From the sequence record DRR378314_656: a DNA stretch of 64,000 nucleotides. One strand, given 5' to 3'. Shown piece after piece: positions 59,033-64,000 of this stretch; positions within the stretch are counted from its first letter, which is position 1; each line of letters starts with the position of its first letter. A program made the translations under genes and the position numbers. The notes beneath the pieces were generated by a model. That model was not told the origin of the DNA, ran no database searches, and worked only from the letters and a program-made list of their open reading frames with translations.

Positions 59033-59977
59033 ATGCTGAATTGGATCAAATCCCTGCCAGTGCCCGCGCCGATCCGGCATTGGGTGTTTGCGCCGCTCTG
59101 GTGCGCCATTGTCCGCCTGTCCAAGCCGGAAGTGCGGATCGTGACCGGGGGCATCAGCTTTTACGCGCTGTTCTCCATCTTTCCGATTGTCTATCTGACG
59201 CTGACCTTGCTGTTCGCGCTGTTGCCAGCGGATCTCAGCCGCCAGTTGGGCGATACGGTGGACCAGGTTCTGGTGTCGGCGGTTGCGCCGCTGAGCAAGG
59301 CTGATCTCGACGTGATCCATGAGTCCACGCCGCAGGGCGTCACCTTCCGGGCGTTGCTGGCAGTGATCGTCGTGTTCTACACGGCCAGCTCCGGGGCGAA
59401 GGCGGCCATCACTGGTATCCGTATGGTGGCGGGCAGCGAGCGACGGACACGGATCATCCGCTTTCAGGGCGTGTCGATCCTGATGACCGCTCTGCTCATC
59501 CTGTCCGTCTGGATCCTTGGCGCGTTGCAGCTGATCCTGTCCCTGATCACCGAGCGTGATGGGTACATTGCCTATGATGTGGCGCAGACGATTTCTGACA
59601 TTGCCTCAACGCTGTGGCTGGGGAAGGGGCTCGCCTGTTTCGCGGTCTTCTACCTGATCATCGCCCTGTCCCTGCATGGGCGTATCTCCGGCAACCGGGC
59701 CAAGGCGATGGGCGCGGCGGCAGGCGCTCTGGCCTGGCTGATCGCGACCTGGGGGTATCACCTCTATCTGAAGTTCAGTTCGCTGGACACATTCTATGGC
59801 GCGCTGGCCTCGGTCATCCTCGGCTTTATCTGGCTGTCGGTTTCGGTGTCATCGCTCTTGTTCGGCGCGGCATTAGCGGTTGAGTGGGCTGCACGCATGC
59901 AACGGGAAGAGGTGATTGCGGAGCCAGACGAGGAAGACCTCGATGCGCCAGCCGATCAGGCCGCAAACAGCGCGTGA
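59033..59977 (+). CDS. YihY/virulence factor BrkB family membrane protein
   Basis: SFYALFSIFP, YGALASVILGFIW, LFGA. Confidence 0.85.
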   Translation: MLNWIKSLPVPAPIRHWVFAPLWCAIVRLSKPEVRIVTGGISFYALFSIFPIVYLTLTLLFALLPADLSRQLGDTVDQVLVSAVAPLSKADLDVIHESTPQGVTFRALLAVIVVFYTASSGAKAAITGIRMVAGSERRTRIIRFQGVSILMTALLILSVWILGALQLILSLITERDGYIAYDVAQTISDIASTLWLGKGLACFAVFYLIIALSLHGRISGNRAKAMGAAAGALAWLIATWGYHLYLKFSSLDTFYGALASVILGFIWLSVSVSSLLFGAALAVEWAARMQREEVIAEPDEEDLDAPADQAANSA

Positions 59978-60705
59978 ATGACGCCGATGCGGCGCAGCGT
60001 GGTCAAATCCGCCTGTCCGGTGACCTGCTCTGGCAGCCAGCGGCGCTGGAATGCGGTGACCACTTTCTCGCAGGTCTCGCCATAGATGTCTGTCACGTCG
60101 AAGCCATAGCCGATTTCTGACAGCATGGTCTGGAGACGCCAGACGCTGGAGCCGGACGCGCCGCGTTCGAGCCCCTTGCCGATGACCTCCTTCGTCGTGC
60201 CGTCGAAATCCGGCCAGAGGCTGATGCCGGCGCGGGCGAGGCGCTCCCACGGGAAGTGTTCGCCGGGATCCTGCTTGCGCAGGGGGGCGATGTCGGAATG
60301 GCCGAGAATGCGCGTGGCGGGGATGGCATGGCGGCCGAGAATGTCGTGGACGAGATCCAGCACGGCATGGATCTGTGGTCGGGGATAGGGCGGCAGGCTG
60401 CCATCCGGCGCGCGGAAATCATGCCCGCCATTGACGATCTCTATGCCGATGGAGCGGGAGTTCAGATCCTGCTGTCCCTGCCAGCTGGCGACGCCTGCAT
60501 GCCAGGCGCGCTTGTCCTCTTCGACGAGCTGCGTGATGCGGCCATCTTCCCAGACCATGTAGTGCGCAGAGACTTCTGCCTTCGAATCGCACATGCGCTC
60601 CAGCGCGTCTTCCCCCGTCGCCATGCCGGTATAGTGCAGCACCAGCATGTCGAGCGGGTGCTTGCGCTCGTTGAAGTTCGGGCTGGCGACGTGTTCGATC
60701 TGCAT
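59956..60705 (-). CDS. N-acetylmuramoyl-L-alanine amidase (AmpD/AmiD type, C-terminal PG-binding domain)
   Basis: SPNFNER, VLHYT, SAHY, RAWHAG, SIGIE, GHSDIAPLRKQDPG, AFQRRW. Confidence 0.92.
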   Translation of the reverse strand: MQIEHVASPNFNERKHPLDMLVLHYTGMATGEDALERMCDSKAEVSAHYMVWEDGRITQLVEEDKRAWHAGVASWQGQQDLNSRSIGIEIVNGGHDFRAPDGSLPPYPRPQIHAVLDLVHDILGRHAIPATRILGHSDIAPLRKQDPGEHFPWERLARAGISLWPDFDGTTKEVIGKGLERGASGSSVWRLQTMLSEIGYGFDVTDIYGETCEKVVTAFQRRWLPEQVTGQADLTTLRRIGVIHALFAA

Positions 60706-61607
60706 CAGCTGCCTCCGGAGCCGAGCTTCTTGATAATGGCCGCGTCCGGCAGGGTCTTGTTCTGGCGGACTGCGATGACGAGCACACCGCTCAGCGAAAT
60801 GACCGATCCGAGCACCAGCCGGGCGGAAATCGGCTCGTTCAGCAGGATGATGCCGAAGACCACACCCCAAATTGGCGTCATCAGGGTCAATGGGGTCAGG
60901 AGGGAAATGTCGTACTTCTTGATGAGGGAATAGAACCCGCCATGCCCGAAGATCGACACGCCGACCACAGCGAACAGCCAAGCAAGCCCGAATTGCCAGC
61001 CGCCGCGCATAACGGATTCCAGCTGACCAGTCTCCAGCAGGCCGGACGTGATGAAGAGCGGTGCAAAGCTGAACAGGCCCACCCAAGCCTGCAGGCGAAG
61101 CGCCTTGATCGGGGGGAGCCGCTTCATCAGGATTCCGCCCACCGAGCCCACAAAGGCCGCAACGACGATGTAGATGAGGCCGATCGAGATTGAGAAACTG
61201 GACGGATCAAAGGCGATCAGCACGACGCCTGCAAAGGACAGCATGATGCCGAGCCCCCTGCGCCAGCCAATTTTTTCGCCAAGGAATGCCATGCTCATCA
61301 GGGTCGAGAAGGGCGCGCCGAGCTGTCCTGTGATGGACGCCGCGGACGCCTCTGCGCTCTGCAGGCCGATAAACAACAGGGAAAAATGCACCGCGCCGAT
61401 GAACATGGCGATGAGGAACAACATTTTCAGGTCTTCAGGCTTTGGCCGCAGGAACATGACCAGAAGCGCGGCGACGCCTGCAAAACGCGTGGCCGCAAAG
61501 AAGATGGGCGGCACGCCGACATCGGCGACGACCCAGCGTGTGAAGACGATATTTAGGCCCCAGACGAGGCAGACGGCAAAGAGAAGTACGAAATCGCGAA
61601 ATGACAT
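60705..61607 (-). CDS. DMT/EamA family transporter
   Basis: About 10 TM segments, VWGLN, LGEKIGWRR. Confidence 0.88.
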   Translation of the reverse strand: MSFRDFVLLFAVCLVWGLNIVFTRWVVADVGVPPIFFAATRFAGVAALLVMFLRPKPEDLKMLFLIAMFIGAVHFSLLFIGLQSAEASAASITGQLGAPFSTLMSMAFLGEKIGWRRGLGIMLSFAGVVLIAFDPSSFSISIGLIYIVVAAFVGSVGGILMKRLPPIKALRLQAWVGLFSFAPLFITSGLLETGQLESVMRGGWQFGLAWLFAVVGVSIFGHGGFYSLIKKYDISLLTPLTLMTPIWGVVFGIILLNEPISARLVLGSVISLSGVLVIAVRQNKTLPDAAIIKKLGSGGS

Positions 61608-61750
61608 ATTCTGGGCGTTAGCAGGATTTATCCGGACTGGGCAGGGGAAATAGAACTTTCCTTTGCGTCGTTTTCGACTGCTTCAAAAATGACCATGTTC
61701 AGCTTTCAGTCAGGTGGGGACTGCGAGGGAACGGAAGGCTGCGCGATGCG

Positions 61751-61776
61751 CTAAACAAACGTTAAGAAGCTGTTAT
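61751..61776. promoter_or_regulatory. CtrA-like tandem site
   Basis: CTAA-N7-TTAA-N7-TTAT upstream of the 61836 gene. Confidence 0.4.
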
Positions 61777-61835
61777 AGTCATTGGCAGGTGGAAGGCGGG
61801 GCCGATCCGGACCTGTTATCAGGAGGTGTGGTTGA

Positions 61836-62555
61836 ATGGGACTGATCTGGTGGATATTGCCAGCAATCGCGGCCGTGATTGGCCTGATGCTGCTGTTTGC
61901 GGGCTTCGGAAAACTGGCAAAACTGAAAGCGGGTTCCGGGGCGTTCCGGCTGACCTTCGGGGTCGCATTTCTGGCGCTGGCGGGCGTCGTGGCCTTTGCG
62001 GGCTTGAATCTGCAGACTTATCAGCGCCTGACCAAGGAACGCTATGCAGCGAACATCAAGTTCGAAGCCGTTGAAGGCGAAGAGAACGCCTATGTGCTGG
62101 ACCTGACCTTCTCGGATGGCCGCAAGCTGCTGGAAGAGAATGGCGCCCAGCCGATCCTGCGTGGCAATGAATTCGAAATCGGCGCGCAGGTGATCAAGTT
62201 CAAACCCATGGCCAATATGCTTGGCTATGACTCGATCTACCGCCTCGACTTCATCGAAGGTCGCCTGTCGCGCCGGTTCACGCCGGAAGCGGTGACCGAG
62301 GCGACGACGAATGGAATCGCGCTGGCCGCCAATCCCGGCTTTGACGTGCACCGCATGGCGCAGGAGCAGGGAGGGCGGTTTGGCATTGATGCGCAATACG
62401 GCTCAGCCACCTACCAGCCGATGGGCGACGGGTTCGAGTATGTGGTGAACATCTCTCAGGACGCATTGATTGCGCGCCCCAGCGAAGCGACGAAGGTGTT
62501 GATCCAGAAACAGCGCTATCCGGGTTACAGCTCGACGCAGGAGTCTTCCCAGTGA
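61836..62555 (+). CDS. Hypothetical membrane protein
   Basis: Two N-terminal TM helices, strong AGGAGGT RBS. Confidence 0.75.
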   Translation: MGLIWWILPAIAAVIGLMLLFAGFGKLAKLKAGSGAFRLTFGVAFLALAGVVAFAGLNLQTYQRLTKERYAANIKFEAVEGEENAYVLDLTFSDGRKLLEENGAQPILRGNEFEIGAQVIKFKPMANMLGYDSIYRLDFIEGRLSRRFTPEAVTEATTNGIALAANPGFDVHRMAQEQGGRFGIDAQYGSATYQPMGDGFEYVVNISQDALIARPSEATKVLIQKQRYPGYSSTQESSQ

Positions 62556-63178
62556 ACCCGTGGGACCGTTACGTTGTCCCGCACCTGGTCTCGTGCGCCT
62601 GCCAGACGAAGCCGATCATGAAGCAGCGTGAGAAGGTGGTGCCGCAGGCAAGCGGCCGCGTTCTGGAGATCGGATCAGGGTCCGGCACGAATTTCGCGCT
62701 GTATGATGCCAGCAAGATTGACCATCTTTACGCGCTGGAGCCATCCGAAGTGATGTTGGACAAGGCGCGGCGAGCGGCTGGCAGCCTTGGCATTGGACAC
62801 CATATTGACTTTCTCCAGACCGGCGCGGAAGCCATTCCGCTCGAAGACAATTCGATCGACACAGTCGTGATCACCTTTGTGCTCTGCACCATCCCGGATT
62901 GGGAAGCGGCGCTGAAGGAAGTCCGCCGTGTGCTGAAGCCCGGCGGGAAGATCCTGTTCTCTGAACACGGCCTCGCGCCAGATGAAGGCGTCGCGAAATG
63001 GCAGCGCCGGATCGAGCCGATCTGGAAGCCCCTGGCGGGGGGCTGTCACCTGACGCGCGATACTGAGGCCATGCTGGCGACGGCGGGGTTCCGACTGCAC
63101 GAAGCTGAAACCATGTATCTGCCATCGACGCCCAAGATTGCTGGCTTTGTCAGCTGGGGCAGCGCCGTCGCGGTGTAG
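62552..63178 (+). CDS. Class I SAM-dependent methyltransferase
   Basis: VLEIGSGSG, RRVLKPGG, SEHG, GGCHLTRD. Confidence 0.9.
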   Translation: MNPWDRYVVPHLVSCACQTKPIMKQREKVVPQASGRVLEIGSGSGTNFALYDASKIDHLYALEPSEVMLDKARRAAGSLGIGHHIDFLQTGAEAIPLEDNSIDTVVITFVLCTIPDWEAALKEVRRVLKPGGKILFSEHGLAPDEGVAKWQRRIEPIWKPLAGGCHLTRDTEAMLATAGFRLHEAETMYLPSTPKIAGFVSWGSAVAV

Positions 63179-63187
63179 AACACGGGC

Positions 63188-64000
63188 GTGCGACAGCCTC
63201 CCTATCTGCCTTTCCTGGATGGTCCACCCGGTATTGCGCCGGGGCTGAAGCCAATCGCGCCAGAGGCTTGGTTGCTGCCGGATACAGAGGCCGGGTCATG
63301 GCTCACCGACAAGCGCGCCCTGATGCGGGAGCAGCGCGATGCCGTGTTCGCGGCGCGCGATGCGGATGCGGAGATGGCAGAAGTGGCGGAGGCCGTGCTG
63401 GCCGTGGCCGGCCCTGCGCGCGGTGACTGGCCCACGGCGCTGGAGGCGGCGTCGTCCACCGTGTCAGATGATCTCTGCGTGATGATCCGCGACCAAGACG
63501 GGCTGTGGCGATTGAGAGCCGCCAGCCTGTGCGCGCCGACCTATTGGCGCTTGTCTGAAAAGTTCGAGCAGCCGCTCGGCGGCCTGCACAGCCCGGTGCC
63601 CGGCGGCGATCCTGGACTGGCAAAGCGCATCTCCCGCATCTTTGACGGCCTGCGCCCGGATTTCATCCTTGAGCGGTGCAATTGGTCGGTCCAGCCAGGC
63701 AATGCGCGGTTCACGCCCAGCTCTGCGCCCCTGAAGGAAATGGCGGCGGAGATGGCCGAGGCGGATGCGCTGGACCAGCTTCACCTGCGGGTGGAGCGCC
63801 AGACGATCCGCAAGATGCCGGAGACAGGCGCGGTGCTGTTCACCATTCGCGTGGTGAATGATCCGCTGCGGGCCGCGCTGGCCACGCCGGGCCATATCGA
63901 CGCCTTTGCCGATGCGTGGGCGCGGGTTGATCCTGGCATGTATCGCTACAAGGGCTGGCAGGTGTATGACCGGCTGATCGGCGCAGCACTGGACGCTGCC
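63188..64000 (+). CDS. DUF3445-like protein (partial)
   Basis: Manual translation MRQPPYLPFLDGPPGIAPGLKPI...DDLCVM...LCAPTYW...LHSPVPG...LRVERQTIRKMPETGAVLFTIR; open to window end. Confidence 0.82.
   Translation, partial: MRQPPYLPFLDGPPGIAPGLKPIAPEAWLLPDTEAGSWLTDKRALMREQRDAVFAARDADAEMAEVAEAVLAVAGPARGDWPTALEAASSTVSDDLCVMIRDQDGLWRLRAASLCAPTYWRLSEKFEQPLGGLHSPVPGGDPGLAKRISRIFDGLRPDFILERCNWSVQPGNARFTPSSAPLKEMAAEMAEADALDQLHLRVERQTIRKMPETGAVLFTIRVVNDPLRAALATPGHIDAFADAWARVDPGMYRYKGWQVYDRLIGAALDAA

Noticed and set aside
60706-61086. N-terminal extension of the amidase ORF (59956..61086)
   Set aside because: Overlaps the DMT gene in another frame; the amidase starts at 60705, coupled to the DMT stop.

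Overview
GC-rich alphaproteobacterial chromosome segment, most consistent with Caulobacterales/Hyphomonadaceae (inferred from gene content and motifs, not from a search). It is mostly core housekeeping: ilvB-ilvN-ilvC, miaA, serB, hflK-hflC-degP, mrp, folA/thyA, rpsT-dnaA-dnaN-recF, hisS-hisZ-hisG, argD/argF/hslO, carboxy(nor)spermidine genes and rnpB. Small accessory enzyme/regulator modules are interleaved. No prophage, IS, CRISPR, tRNA or rRNA was seen. The interesting signal lies in the intergenic DNA and in one odd core gene. (1) A small ORF with two Fur-type boxes is followed by a structured CU-rich 3' RNA (39.25-39.61 kb), a candidate iron-regulated small-protein/sRNA unit. (2) Two convergent sRNA candidates lie between hisG and argD; one carries the exact complement (GGGAGGAAACG) of that RNA's seed, and a near-identical motif is the RBS of the ilv leader peptide. 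(3) The DnaA at the canonical locus has Glu at the arginine-finger position. (4) An 80-nt-period structured tandem repeat lies 3' of rnpB, and a repeat-like insert sits in RNase P P12. (5) Ilv and His leader peptides and two tiny membrane proteins were missed by the ORF track.
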